Shown: positions 12,792 to 26,400 of the stretch, piece after piece | How the letters are laid out: each line of letters opens with the position of its first letter | Numbering within the stretch: position 1 is the stretch's first letter | Assembly (NCBI GenBank): GCA_964035545.1 | Contig: OZ037770.1 | Span: forward strand, 10,112,973 to 10,176,972 | Source: Bugula neritina | Lineage: Eukaryota > Animalia > Bryozoa | Direction of reading: 5' to 3' | DNA: 64,000 bases | The notes under the pieces: model-generated | Databases searched by the model: none | What the model saw: only the letters and a program-made list of their open reading frames with translations | Told to the model about the DNA's origin: nothing | Made by a program: the position numbers and the translations under genes

Positions 12792-15700
12792 CTAATTATA
12801 GCCAGCAATGAGAGCAACAGCATCGGGGTGATTAGCACCCTCCCACTCAGTAACTGCGATAGTACCACAGCCAACTCTAGTAGACTTAGATCCTCCGTGA
12901 ACAGTCACAGAACGTCCCAACACACTCAAAGGTCCATTCAGTTTTACCTATACAAATATATTCAAAGTGATGAATGTTTAGGTAGAGTAAGCTTAAAATA
13001 TATCTATAAATGTTCTCTGTTGAGGTAAAAATCTGGTTTAAGAAGATAATTTCTATTGTGAGCAATGCGCTTCACTGTTTATAATAATATATAGTGTGTA
13101 AAATTATAATTAGCAAGCCTGAATAAATGTATTTTTCAAAATTTTAAAACCGCATTCATATTTTAGTACAAAAATATATTTTATAATCTATAATCTTCAA
13201 TTTCTAGTTATAACTAGAAATTGAGGATAAATTATAAGTTATATTTTTATAGGCAAAAATGAAATTTCTATTGTAATCATGTGAGATTGTTTAACTTTGA
13301 CCATCTTTTTAAAACTGAAAATTCCTATTTGCAAAAACTTAAAGCTGAAAAAGGTTTATCCAATAGACCAATATGAGTTGTATTATAATAGCTAGTAGTT
13401 GACTACAATAAACTCGCAATAAAATACCTGCGTGTCAATATTTTCAAACACCAAGATATTCTTGTTGGATTTGAATGTTGATGGTATGGTTACCCTGGCA
13501 ACGTCCCCAACATGTCTGTCTTCTACAGTTGGGTCATTGCTATGGTTCTTGTTACAAGGATTGTAGTGACCACCTAAAGCATGTACACTATGTCAACCAA
13601 TGAAGTAAATGTAATAATTGGAATGATTATAACATGAGGAGTCATCTAACTGCCAAGTTAAACAAGATAGTGTACCTAACAACATAAAAATAAAAAGTTT
13701 ATAGTAAAAAATAGATGTAATTAATGGTGGTTTGTTGTGCACTATATAACTGAGCTTAGCTCAATTATGAAACGATGTTGAGCTAAATAAAAATTTTAAT
13801 ATTTTGAAGTATATATAGCTGAAATCTTGTGCTTGTAAAGAAATACATTGTTAGCTGAATAAAATAATATTGCTATACAGGACCATGCAGCGATGTTATT
13901 GTAGCTATTAACAGGAAGTAAAAGCTATGACGTAAAATATGAGCTTTTCATAGGAAAATGATGGTAAAACTATTGTCTTCTATCTTTATAGAAGTGTGAA
14001 AAAACTACAATATATAGTCTTTGTTTGTTGAATATATCCTTGTTATAGAGCCGAAATTATAATAATCCTAGAAGCATTCAGTTCCACATGGAAGTCAAGA
14101 CCCTTTAGGTACCTAGCACTGCACAATAAAACATTATGCTTTGTTTCCACCTAAGAAACTAGAATAGATTTTGAGCTTGCTGCAAGGATAAGAGATAACA
14201 CACTGCCATATTTGGTAATCAACTCTTAGATTAATAAAGATCTCTACATTATGCTCTAACAAAATAATTCAAACATATTTTTTTCTTTAAACAAGATTTG
14301 AATTATTATAAAAATACCAGTTGAAGTGCAGCTGGGATTTGTCTCTCCTTTCTCGTGAACATGTAGAGAAAAGTATTGGCTGTCAAAGAGGAAAGCGTGA
14401 GTTCCTTGAACAGCAGCTGAAATATCATTTAGTAAAATAAAAAAGGGGATTATTATATATAGGCATAGATAATTGATATCTTTGTTGGGTGGGTTTATTT
14501 AACCAATCTGTTTTGACAATTATATATTTGGTCTAAATGTGTTATCTATTAAACAACGATCAGTAACACGAATTGAAAGAGCAGCCATTTTTGTAGACTG
14601 TTGTGTAACATAATATTGGAAATCTATTGTTTGTTGAGTCATTGTGGATGAGGAGTAAATTGTATTAATGTATTTTGTAAAAATTATAGCATTTATAAAC
14701 AATGCATGATAAGTTATAAACAAGTATCTAAAATTTCTTGAAATAAACCTTGAATTATATATGTCAAAAAATCATTAAATGATAGTAATGTTAGAATCTT
14801 TCAAATTTAAAAAACTATTTTTTTTTGTATCAATAAAGTTCTTTTGAATTTGATTGTCAAGTTTCATGAAAAGAAAATACCGTGAATTCTTGTTGTTCGA
14901 CTGTCAATCTGAGTGAAACTGATGACTCCTTTGACATGAAATGGATAGCTGTTCCCATCGGCAGCAGAAAACTGTCCACTCTTTTCAAACTTGGCGACAG
15001 CTTGGGTGACGTCAGCCTCTATCATACAATACAAATTTATATATAACTTAACCTGTGCAGCTGTTTCAAGGCTTGTTCTTTTGTCAACAGAACAGAGCAC
15101 CACACTTTTGCAATAAGATAAATAAATGTTTAATTGCATAAGTTTAATATTTTTAAGATGTGTGACAACTTTAATTAAAAAAAACCTAATTCATTATACA
15201 TGTGTGTGTGCGTGTGTGGTGTGTGTTTGATTGATTGTAACAGAGTGAAAATAGTGAAACCTTGTTTTATCATTTTTGGTCTACCATGCAAAGTATCTGC
15301 CATCATATCATCTACTCTTTTAAAGAGTTTAGCTTGATAAAATGAGTTGTCAGGAAGCAACTGTGGTTTTGTAGTGAGAGGGCTGACTTGGTATATGTGA
15401 GGTTATGGGTTCAAATCTCAGCAGGATTACAAGTTGTGATAGGAAGAGTATTAATTTCTGTGTCACAGCATACACAAACCTTGGCCTAATCAAACAAACC
15501 TTCAACACCATTATGGTGTCTCATACTTTAAATAAACCTAAGTTTTTAAGAAATAATTTGTCAATGACTTTTGCGATTTGTTATTATCTAATAAGAGATA
15601 TAGTAAATATGAAAGTTGTTCTAACTGTAGTTACTCTAAGTATGTGCACACAAATATACAATGAACATATTTTACCTGCTCTGCAAGATGGCTGAAATCC

Positions 15701-16454
15701 GTAGCGGCTTCGTGGCGGGGTGGTCATGCATGTGCGCATGTACTTTCCTACAAAGTTTCACAAAAGCTATTAATAAGAACAGAGTTTAAATTAAAAAAAA
15801 ATTAGCAATAATATTTGAAGTGAACTATATGGATGTGGTTTTTTAGCAGTTGTGATTTGCTGCCATTTAGTTTGGCTTTCGGCTTTGAATCTTTATACCT
15901 CAACTGTATTAAGCCCAGCTTAATTTCATAATATGCTAGATAATTTTGATGCTAAAAATACTCCCTACAAAAAACATTGATTTAAACTTATTTTTAAGAT
16001 TAAGTACTTTCGAACCCATCTTATTATAACATGCCAAGTAATAAATCAACTAATTTTAATACCAAAAAGCCAGAAATTTAAAATTTGTAAGGCAGAAAAA
16101 TCGTTGAGTTCTTAAAAATAATATATTATCTCACAGAAAACCTTTTTTTAAAAAAAAATGTATATATACCTTAGCTAATAAATGATAGCAATTAATTGCC
16201 ATGGCAATTAATTGCTATCATTTATTAGCTATACTATATACCTACATACAATATGTAGGTACACACACAGTATATACTTACAATATGTAGGTACATATAC
16301 AGTATAATATACTTATAATGTGTAGGCACTTACGGAAACTAAGCTTATTTGCTTGTAGCTGTCGCAGAAGGTCTGAAAAGTCACATGACGCTGCCACACT
16401 AAGGCCCACAGCAACACAGCTGACTATAAGGTATGATGTCAGAATGAACTTCAT
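12792..16454 (-). CDS. Secreted Cu/Zn superoxide dismutase-like protein, copy B (243 aa, 6 coding exons)
   Basis: Exons 16454-16334, 15747-15676, 15018-14881, 14416-14318, 13573-13428, 12947-12792 (732 nt). Same intron positions and phases as copy A, same ligand motifs, ends ...ALIAGYN*. Probable 5'UTR exons at ~17010-17041 and ~17097-17150. Confidence 0.92.
15353..15480 (+). mobile_element. Degenerate SINE copy in an intron of SOD copy B
   Basis: GGAAGCAACTGTGG...ATGGGTTCAAATCTCAGCAGG...TGTGATAGGAAGAGTATT. Confidence 0.65.
16172..16231. repeat. Perfect 60-bp palindrome without spacer
   Basis: TAGCTAATAAATGATAGCAATTAATTGCCA|TGGCAATTAATTGCTATCATTTATTAGCTA. Confidence 0.95.
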
Positions 16455-16544
16455 TGTTTACAGATTTTATCTACAAATACAATAACATACTACTTTTATA
16501 TAATAATATAGTATCTTTATATAACAAGATAATTATTTGTACTT

Positions 16545-16626
16545 CAGTACTAGGAACCCATCACCCACACAGGACCACGCCACCCACACAGGGCCCCGGC
16601 AGTGAAAGTTGACCACTTTAGTACTG
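16545..16626. mobile_element. Small (~82 bp) GC-rich element with 8-bp inverted termini; related copy at ~40648-40692
   Basis: CAGTACTA...TAGTACTG termini; internal CGGCAGTGAAAGTTGACCA matches the reverse complement of TGGTCACCTTTCACTGCCG at ~40649; absent from the equivalent intron of copy A. Confidence 0.5.
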
Positions 16627-19092
16627 GGATATAAAAATAGACTTTGGAACAAATAGGAATAGAATATGGAATACAAATAAAACAAAAAAATTTTAGGTTA
16701 TTACTATATTCAAATGAGAGAAAAATTTTGTGGTTAAAGAAGTTAGGCTCTGAAAAAAATTGTTGCAAGTAAAGAATAGAACAAGCACATTGAAAGCAGT
16801 ACGAATATGTTTATGCTAGTCAACTAGTGTTCTATATCTTATACTGTATGCTATGATTTACAGTAAATTATAACATTTAGTTACCAACAGCAATAATTTA
16901 TATCAAGAAAACAACACAATCAAAACATATTGTTGATATTGTAATTTTGCTCTGTTGCATTAGCCATGCAGCATAAAGAATTCTTTATTCTTCAAAAGAG
17001 AAATATTACCTCCAGTTTGGTCTCCTCTACCTTTCACTCTTGCTAATGAATAGTTTGAATATGTTTTCTTCAGAGTATATATATATTGTCATATACCTTG
17101 ACAATTTCGTCAACTTTCTTTTAGCCAATGAAAATGCTTCTTACATTACCTATCTAATATAGCTAGGTAGAATATTTATGGCTATCAATTTTCATGTTTG
17201 AATTAGTATATAATATGCATATATTGCTTTTTTACATTGGCACTAGCCAACACCACGTAGATCTCTTCCTTATAGGTATTAAGATAGATAATGGTGCACT
17301 TTGGTATCATTTCACGAGCTGTAAGAAAGCTACTGTATAGATAATATGTAAAGAACTTGCCAAGTTACGCTATATGACGAAATCACTCTGTAGAACAATA
17401 CATAGACAAGTTTAGTTTTGTAATTGGTATATAGTTGGGTGGCTCGAGAGTTTTTGCCTACCTCTCAGCTCTAAAGAACTTCACCATCTTAACCAACCCC
17501 TTGCACCACTTCAATCTAGATCTAGGCAGCAGAGGTCAGCATTGGTAATATCACTCCACTGATTGGCTGATAAACAAAATTATATAATACTGTACCAACA
17601 ATAGTTAATCAATACAACATTTGAAAAAAAATATGAGTGGACAAAGCGTGTAATATAAGATATAAATTTGTAAAAAGTATTGGAAAATATTACGTATAAT
17701 AAAGTAAACAATATATTATGGAGAAATTAAAGTTAGTTATACGAAGTAATGCAAACTATTACTGTAAAAAAACTAACAACCCATAAAAAGAGTAACTTCT
17801 CATACTTGCATTAAAAATATTGAACATAAAAAATGTATATATCTAAAGCAGTTTTTATAAGAATAGACATGGTAATCAATTATTGAATTTGACTAGCTAT
17901 GGTGAACTTAATTCAGACTGACTGTTCAGAATCTATGATGGAACAGACTCAGCTAAGATAAGAAAGCTATAGCTAATTTTATTGCTGCATTAATGGCGTG
18001 CATAATACACAATGCAAACTGTATCAACTTTTTTATTATGCTAACCAAAATATTATGGTACATATGTAATGATACGTTACTTAAAACCCAAATTAGGCAG
18101 CTTAATTTGAACTTTTTTTATATAATAAGTATTTTTATGGAGCATGCGTTAAAAAATTACTTGACACAGAGGTACCTAAAAAAACCTTAAATTTAAAGTA
18201 AGTCAAAGGTAAATATTATATACCAGTGTAAATTAATTTTATTGAAGAATAATTAATACATAATACATATATAGGTCAAGATAATTTCACTGAAAATCTT
18301 TTTAAAAAATGATAGCCACCTTATATAAGAATTCCTGGAGCATAGAGCAATTTATTGTTGGCTTGTTTATTTTTGGAATCTATTACATAATATATCCTAT
18401 TGACTAAAAAAAATTTTTATAATGAATTTTGTGCAAGTATGCGCTGAATTGATTTGGGATTTCTGACCGCTTGCTGATGACGTTTTCGGTTGGCTTTTAA
18501 TTTTCTTCTACTATAAAACTTATACTAATTATAGCTAACTTTCGTTGCATGCTATTTTTAGCTGCTGCACTGCACAGCCTAATTACTAAGATGGCTTGAA
18601 AGTTTAAAGTTTGAGCTTTTAAACCATATCAATGTAGATGTAGATGAAAATAATACATATAAGAATATTTTAATACTGCATAAGTGAAATATGTCAGAGA
18701 TTCTTTAAGCTTTCCCTATTTGTTCCCCTGTTTGTTTTCCATATGTAATTTTGCACCATTTGGGGAAAACATTAGCAGAATAGTTTAATTGCACTGTTGA
18801 CCTACATTTCCATTTGTTCTAGGACTAAATGTAATTTAAAAATATAAATATGATTCAAATACAATTGTATCGGCTACCTTATACTAATTAATGTATATTT
18901 GCTTGTTGAAGAATATAATCCCAGTGAAAGGGTATGATAAAATAGGTAACATAACTCTTAATTATAAAATCAATCTTATTACTGAACTAAGATTTTAGCA
19001 TTGAAGTTTTTTTATTGAAAAATACTTCAATAAACAGCTGCTATATATCATTAGAATTTTAGGATTACAAATACACACAGGCAAACAAACAC

Positions 19093-19243
19093 GCACTAGC
19101 GCTGGCGCTGGCGCTGGCGCTGGCACTGGCACTGGCACTGGCACTGGCACTGGCACTGGCACTGGCACTGGCACTGGCACTGGCACTGGCACTGGCACTG
19201 GCACTGGCACTAGCACTAGCACTAGCACTAGCACTAGCACTGG
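19093..19243. repeat. Hexanucleotide microsatellite (GCGCTG/GCACTG/GCACTA)n
   Basis: About 25 tandem 6-bp units. Confidence 0.97.
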
Positions 19244-20410
19244 CGCGCACGCATGCACACACACACTAGCAAGTGCTGTGTTATGGGATGCTTTAAGATT
19301 TTATTTACAGTAAACTATTTACAAGGTCCTTCTTTGACTAATCAAGATGACTATAGCAGCAAAGAGTATATGCTTGAATATCATAACCCATCACCTTAGC
19401 TACTTCTCATTATTGTTTACAAACAATGCAGCTTCTCTACTAATAAAATAAATTCTGAATAAGTAAACAGATGTTTAAAAGAAGTAGAAGAGAATGCTTT
19501 AGTTAGCTTGTGTACTAGTAAAGCAAGTATAAACCAACCATGTAGAAGTATAGAAGTAGACAGAGCAGATGGGCTTTACATATATAGGCATTATTCTTCT
19601 GCGGAAACCTAGAAGTAAGTAAAAACAATATATACAGTGAAACATTTGCAACAATACCGAGGTGGGTGCAGTAATGGAAATGATTGGATTAGAATCGTAG
19701 CAAAAGAGGTTATGTTTAATTTCAACCCGAGCCCCAAAACAAAATTTATAAAGAAATTTAAAGAACACAGGCTATCTCAACTTCTCCACTACTGTTCCTA
19801 AATGTCACTGACTTCACATTCTTTCTACTGATGTCAAACAGATTACGCTAAGCAGACGCTGACTGCCTGAGATTTCTAAACACACAAACATATCTGTGTT
19901 GTTATTTCTTCTAATCTTTATTTGGTTTGTCAGCCGCTGTCAAAGTGTCATCTTGAAGCCAGTGGCAGCATATCAGTGACACTGGGCAGCACATACTTTA
20001 TATCATTCCATCACTGAAGCTCCATAGATCTGCATCCAGTCTAATAGAGAGGTAAGTTTTCCAGCTTCTTCATAACTTCTCTACTTAGTTGCTCAGTTTT
20101 GGAGACAATATAAGAAAATATCTATGTCTGATTACTTTGTTATTGAAAACATTTGTTACATTTATAATAGGTATATACATTGCTAAACAATCATCAACTG
20201 TATCATAAGGGAAGTTTAACATCACGAAGCAACCATTTTCATCTTTCGTACCTGATTTGCTAAGTAGTCCCACGCTCTTTCAAATTTTGCAATTAAAGCT
20301 GCATTTCGGTTATTATTCTTACTGAATTGCTAGCTTTTCAGTAACAAATAAAAATATTTTTTAATAATTTTTAGAGCAAAGAGAAAAACTTAGACTTAGG
20401 AATATAAAAG

Positions 20411-23400
20411 ATGAAGTACCAGTCAACAAGGGGTGGGTCTAGTGGCCACACATTCCAAGGTATGCCAAGAAGTATAATATGCACTGCAATGATAAATAAA
20501 CTTTTTCAACTCACATATATTTAGAGAATGATAGAGTTGTATTTGCAGTAAAAAGTTATTGCTGCATGCAAAGTAATCCCAATGGCTTGGTATCTTTGCT
20601 TATGGTTATAAATATTGGTTTGAAGTGACAGTCAACAATATAGACTTCTCATAATCTCATAGTTTCCAATGAGAAAATAATTTCTTTTGTTCTATTTCAT
20701 GACTATTAAAGAGGCTTTCCCAAATTTATTCATCACTGAATCTACTCCACAACTACACGGCTACTAGATTAAGCTCATATAAGCTTGCTTATCTAAAGTA
20801 GATCGTGAAATAAAAGCTATAATAGCTATTCATCTAACTACAAGCATATGGTCATGTAACAGTGGTGTGATAATTTGTATATTGCTCTTACTATATTAAT
20901 GATGGTAAATGTTACAACTAGCTTGTATGCTTTGCGAGTGAGAAAAAACATGGGTTGATGAACATCTAAGTGCAATTGTAAGTGCAAATGGATTGCAATT
21001 GTAAGTGTATGTCTGTGTTGCTACTTGTTTGTTTAACATGATAATAAATTTCTATCTAAAAAATTTTCTTGTTCAAAATTCTAAATAGTTTTAAAAAAGT
21101 TGTTGGGAGGTTTTGGTGTAAGTATCATATGAGAAGTTGTCTACCCATGAAGCTGTTGAGTTTGAAAAATGTAAGCTACATTATATAGAATGAGGCTAAA
21201 TTATAGCCTTATTCTATATGATTAATTTTACTGTAAGGCATAACAACATCTGAAGTACACACTTGGTTTGGTTTTCTTAATTTAATTTATTGTTTTGGTT
21301 TGAGGCTTGCATGTATTATTTTACAGACTGAATTTATACAATGATCAAATATCTGTTAGAAATAATGCTATATAAAAAATACAGCATGAATTTCTACTTC
21401 TCTTTAACATAACATGTACATGCAATAAACACCACCCTAATATAAAGTGACATAGTTATTGTGTACTGACAAAGTTGGTGTTACCAGAGGCAATATTCAA
21501 GGGCTATGCCCCTGATGGCGGGATGTACATGCCAGAAGAGATCCCCCAACTCTCTCAAGAAACCATCTCTAGCTGGGCTGACATGCCTTATAAGGAAATC
21601 ATGAAGCAGATAGTCAAGTTGTTTGCAGAAGATGAGATCCCCGTCTCTGATATCTCAGGTGAGTTGGCTAGACAAGTGAGTTGACAGGTGGGCTGGCAGG
21701 TGAGTTAACAGGTGAGTTGACAGGTGAGCTGACAGGTGAATTGAGTGAGCAGGTGAGCTGACCAAACAGGTGAGTTGGCAGGTGAATTGAGTAGACAGGT
21801 GAGTAGACAGGTGAGTTAACAGGTGAGGTGACAGGTGAGCTGACAGGTGGGCTGACAGGTGGGCTGAGTGACCAGGTGAGCTAAGTTATAGACAAATAGG
21901 CTAAATCAGAGGTGGGCAACCGGGGGCCCCAGGGCCACTAGTGGCCTTTTGCCCATTTTTTGTGACTTGTTTACTACTTAAGATAAGTAATACTGTCATT
22001 GTTATTCTGATTAGCACAGCATAGGTTTGGTGACAAATTAATTTATTATAATAAATTTTATTATGTGTACAATTATGTACCCTTTGTTTTGGCTGACTTC
22101 TGAACTTTGCCCTCATGCAAAAGAAGTCGCCCACCCCTTGGCTAAATAGACTGTACAATAACAAATCTCAATGCCCCACTCAGTATATAGTTTAATAGTA
22201 GAAGTAATGCAATGGAGATCTCAGCAACAGCCCATTTTGTACTGAGAGTATAACAAAGCTTGAGTGTTCCTCATAGACTACGACTGGCATGAAGGCCATC
22301 AGCTGTTTCTCAGAGATTATTATAGTAGCATCTGCTAAAATCTATATTTATCATGTTCTAAAAAACCAGTTGTTTTGAAAAAAATGAGGCTCTTACATGC
22401 TTCCACTTGTAGTTTGAAATTTGTATAGTGTATTGTAACTAGCCACTAGGACTGGAATTAACATTATAGATACTATTATTTTCCTCCTATTTAAAATCAA
22501 TATACCACATTCTGTATAAATGCTAAATTTATAATTGCAGCAAACCAACTAGAAATGTCCATTTTACTTCAATACTAAATTATAATATAATATGTAAGGC
22601 ACTATTTTTTATAGCTATGACTTAAATAAGTTACTTATAAGATCTGTGTTTCGCTCATTGTAGAACTAGTTGAGCTGTCATTCCAGTCATTTGATGACCC
22701 CAGTTCACCAATAGTTACAAAAGATCTAAATGGAGATGTTGTGCTCCTAGAACTGTTTAACTCAAGAACACTGGCCTTTAAAGACTTATCCATGTGCTGC
22801 ACGGCTCAGATCCTCAACTATTTCTTGAAGAAAGACAACTCCCACGCTATATTTCTGAGTGGTAAGACTTAAACGCATACAATTACTAGTTGGAGATTTT
22901 CTTTAGAGTTGAAAAGTTACAAATTCATTTCAAGGTCAAAATTTATTCTATTTTTGCAATTTATTTTTTCCGATGAATGTCTTCTATGATAACAAATTGG
23001 TTTTTAAAAATGTAAAAAATTTTGATTTTTATAAAGGGAAAACTATACTAATGCAAATCTTTCAATTAATGTTTTATTTAGTATCTACTGCTCCTCTGCA
23101 TGATTAAGGCAAACAAGTTCCTTACTCTTTCATTAGTATTTCATTTGTATTTCAATTTCATTTCATTAGTATTTCATTTTATTTTAATTTTCATTAAATT
23201 AATTGACTATGATGGAAATTATTTCTAGTTACTTCTGGTGATACGGGATCGTCTTCTCTGCAAGCGATATCCGCAGTGGATTGTGCAGATGCAATAGTTG
23301 CATTTCCAAAAGGAATTATCTCCCCAATACAAGAGTTGCAGATGATAACCGTCACATCAGACAACTGCCACGTACTGAGAGGTGAGAGCCAGCTTCTAAT

Positions 23401-26400
23401 CTCTTTCAGGAAACATTATTTTGAAAATGGTAAAATAATTGTAGCTGAGGCATGCACTAATCTATCGATCAAGCCTGACATTCACATGCAGCTCAAACTC
23501 CGTCTTATCAAATACATTAATTCTTGTTTAGGAAAATTTTGATAAAATAGTTTTGACAGGAATGTTTTATTTTTCCACTGAATCAACCTAAAGTACTGTA
23601 CACACTGTTAGATCATAGCGCTGTAATGTGTGTGTGTGTGTGTGTGTGCGTGTGTGTGCGTGCGTGTGTGTGCGCGTGTGTGTGCGCGTGTGCGCGTGTG
23701 TGCGTGTGTGCGTGTGTGCGCGTGTGAGTGTGTGTGTGTGTGTGTGTTGTGCGTGTGTGTGTGCGTGTGTGTGTGCGTGGGTAATATATTATATAGTAAC
23801 ATGTGCTTTGTTAATATTATTTGTTCTGTAATGACACATCCCTGTGGTTCCAGTTGAAGCAAATTCAGATGACCTAGATAACATAGTGAAGAAGTTTTTT
23901 AAGGAACATCCTGACCTAATTGAGAGATGTTGTATTGGCACTATGAACTCTCTTAACTGGTGCAGAGTCATGTTACAGACTGCTCATCATTTCTACGCCT
24001 ACTTTCAGGTTAATACATTCTTTCAGATACTCAAATAATTTAGCAGTAAAGAAGCTAACCTATTTTATACAACTATTAAAATATAAATGTCTATATATTA
24101 TAAATTTCTTTATATAATATGTAATATATAATGTACAGAAATTTATATCTATTACATTATAAAGTATACAGGCTACCACATACACACTGTTAAAGTATGA
24201 TTATAAACATATAAGGTATGTAGGCCTATGCATATAATGTATATAATTATCCTTCAGCAAATATATATATTTCTGAAGTACAATTATATAAATAAATACA
24301 AGAAATATCAGTATTCAGGTAAACAAATACTGAGCAATAAGATACTGCATGCGATTTCCACTGCAAAACTGCCAATACTAGTCACCTATCTATCACCATT
24401 GCACTACTCACTCACTATGTGATAAATATGTTTATCTATATTCTAGGCTTTTTAACAATGAGGGAAATTTCAACTAATTTTTCTTTTTACTCTACAGGGG
24501 AAGAAACTGAATTCTGAGAAAGAAACAGCTGTATTCATTCCAACAGGAGGGCTTGGCAATGCAGTTTGTGAGTGAATAATAATACTATGTATATTTCCAA
24601 TTAGTAGTCTGATTAGTTGATTGAAAATTGAAAGTGTTTTAGAAGTTGTGTCCACTAAAACAAAATTGTTATAGTAGATAACTCCAATTTTCAATTTGAC
24701 GCTGATGGGGTGTCATAAATAGACATTCACAGTATTTAGACGTAGCTTTTTACATTGCTTAGCTTGCCAAGATAGTGTGAACATTGATTTTGCTTTACTG
24801 GTATTAGCAGCTTCTTTTGCAAAATATTTTTAATAGTAAATGTGTCAGTACTAACTTTTATATATTAACAAAAAAAAGTTTGATTATAAAAATCAATTTG
24901 CTTGCACCTTTTAGCGGCAGCCGTTGCACGTCACATGGGTTTACCAATACAAGTAGTTTGCTCGGTGACTAACGATGCTCTTACTAGAGCCTTCTATGAA
25001 AATGATCACTCAGTTGGGCCTCTGCACCTTTCGCTGGCCCCTGCTATGAACATTCAGGTAACATTATATAAGGAGACCTCATATATAAAGCATAATGTAG
25101 CTAATGATAGGTAGCAGTTATATAAGTCAAAGAGAGAGTGAATCTAACTGAATATGCTACGTTTAGGAAATTGCTAGTAGTTTGAAAAGCCTGACAAGTT
25201 TTTGGAGCAAATTAAAACAATCCATGTGAGAAAGTTTTGTTTTAACATTCATTAATCGCCATTAACTAATTTAAGTTATTGCTAATTGTAAATTACAATG
25301 GAGAGTTTCCAATTGAAGTCTAAAGTGCCACTATACTAATCTAAATATATATTTTGTACTTTGAAAAGCATCTTAGGAAATCATAGCTATATCTTAACAA
25401 TGTTGCTCGTAAACAAAATGTAAATATGTTACACAATAGATTTCTTGTATTATGCCATATGTATGTTTTTACTGAACTAAAAATAGATTCCGTACAACTG
25501 GGAGAGACTTCTTTACCTGGTATCAAACAAGGATACAGAAACTATCAAAGCACAATTGGATGATTATGAAGTTAAAGGGAAGGCAACTACCAAACCTGAA
25601 CTGCTAAAAAAGGTACAAGCAATTTAGCTGAATTGCAATTTATTAAAATATTTTTCAATATTTGAAACTCAAACTACTAAATACTTTTATTAGAAAATCC
25701 ACTGTGACATAGCAAGTTATAATGCAGTTTATATTACTCAGTTTATATAATTCATTAGTTGCATGCTGATATCTTTAGTAGCAGAATCCATGCAAATAGT
25801 TAGTAGATGCTATTTGATGAATTGCCTTGTTCTTTTAAAACATGTTATATTTACAAGTTAGACCCACTTTCATTATTAAAATATTTTAATGTGACTATGT
25901 ACATGTGTAATTTCAAAGCCAGTGTGTGCATAAAATGTGTAACACGTTTTTTTATAATAAAAGACCATCATATTTAGTTACTTGCATCTTATCTCTTTTC
26001 AAATAATATTAGTTCACAGTATAAAGCCACTTAGTTCTTACCCCTATATGCTGGTATATTTCTATTTAAAGGTAATTATTTAGTTATAAACAGCATATAG
26101 CCATATATCTCTTACTCGTTGATAATTATTAATGCTAATTATTCTAATTGAAGCTACAAGACTTCATTGAGATACAGCTGATATCTGATGAGGAGATTCT
26201 GTCAACTATAAAGAAATGCCATGATGAGAATGATGGGTACATTGTTTGTCCTCACACAGCTACTGGTATTGCAGCAGCATACAGGTATATCGTAGTCTCA
26301 AGTGTATAGTAGGCGTAGAAGAGGTGTATATTAGGTGTATAGTGAGTGTATAGTGAGTGTATAGTAGGTGTATATGTTAGGTGTATATAGTGGGTGTATT

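Noticed and set aside
15261-15360. Possible extra exon in SOD copy B (LLPDNSFYQAKLFKRVDD...)
   Set aside because: 100 nt would shift the frame, its acceptor comes from the adjacent SINE head, and copy A has no counterpart.
18995-19264. ORFs encoding (VP)n or (AS)n repeats
   Set aside because: Translations of a hexanucleotide microsatellite; no splice or start context.
23608-23862. (CV)n and (HT)n ORFs
   Set aside because: TG microsatellite inside a THNSL2 intron.
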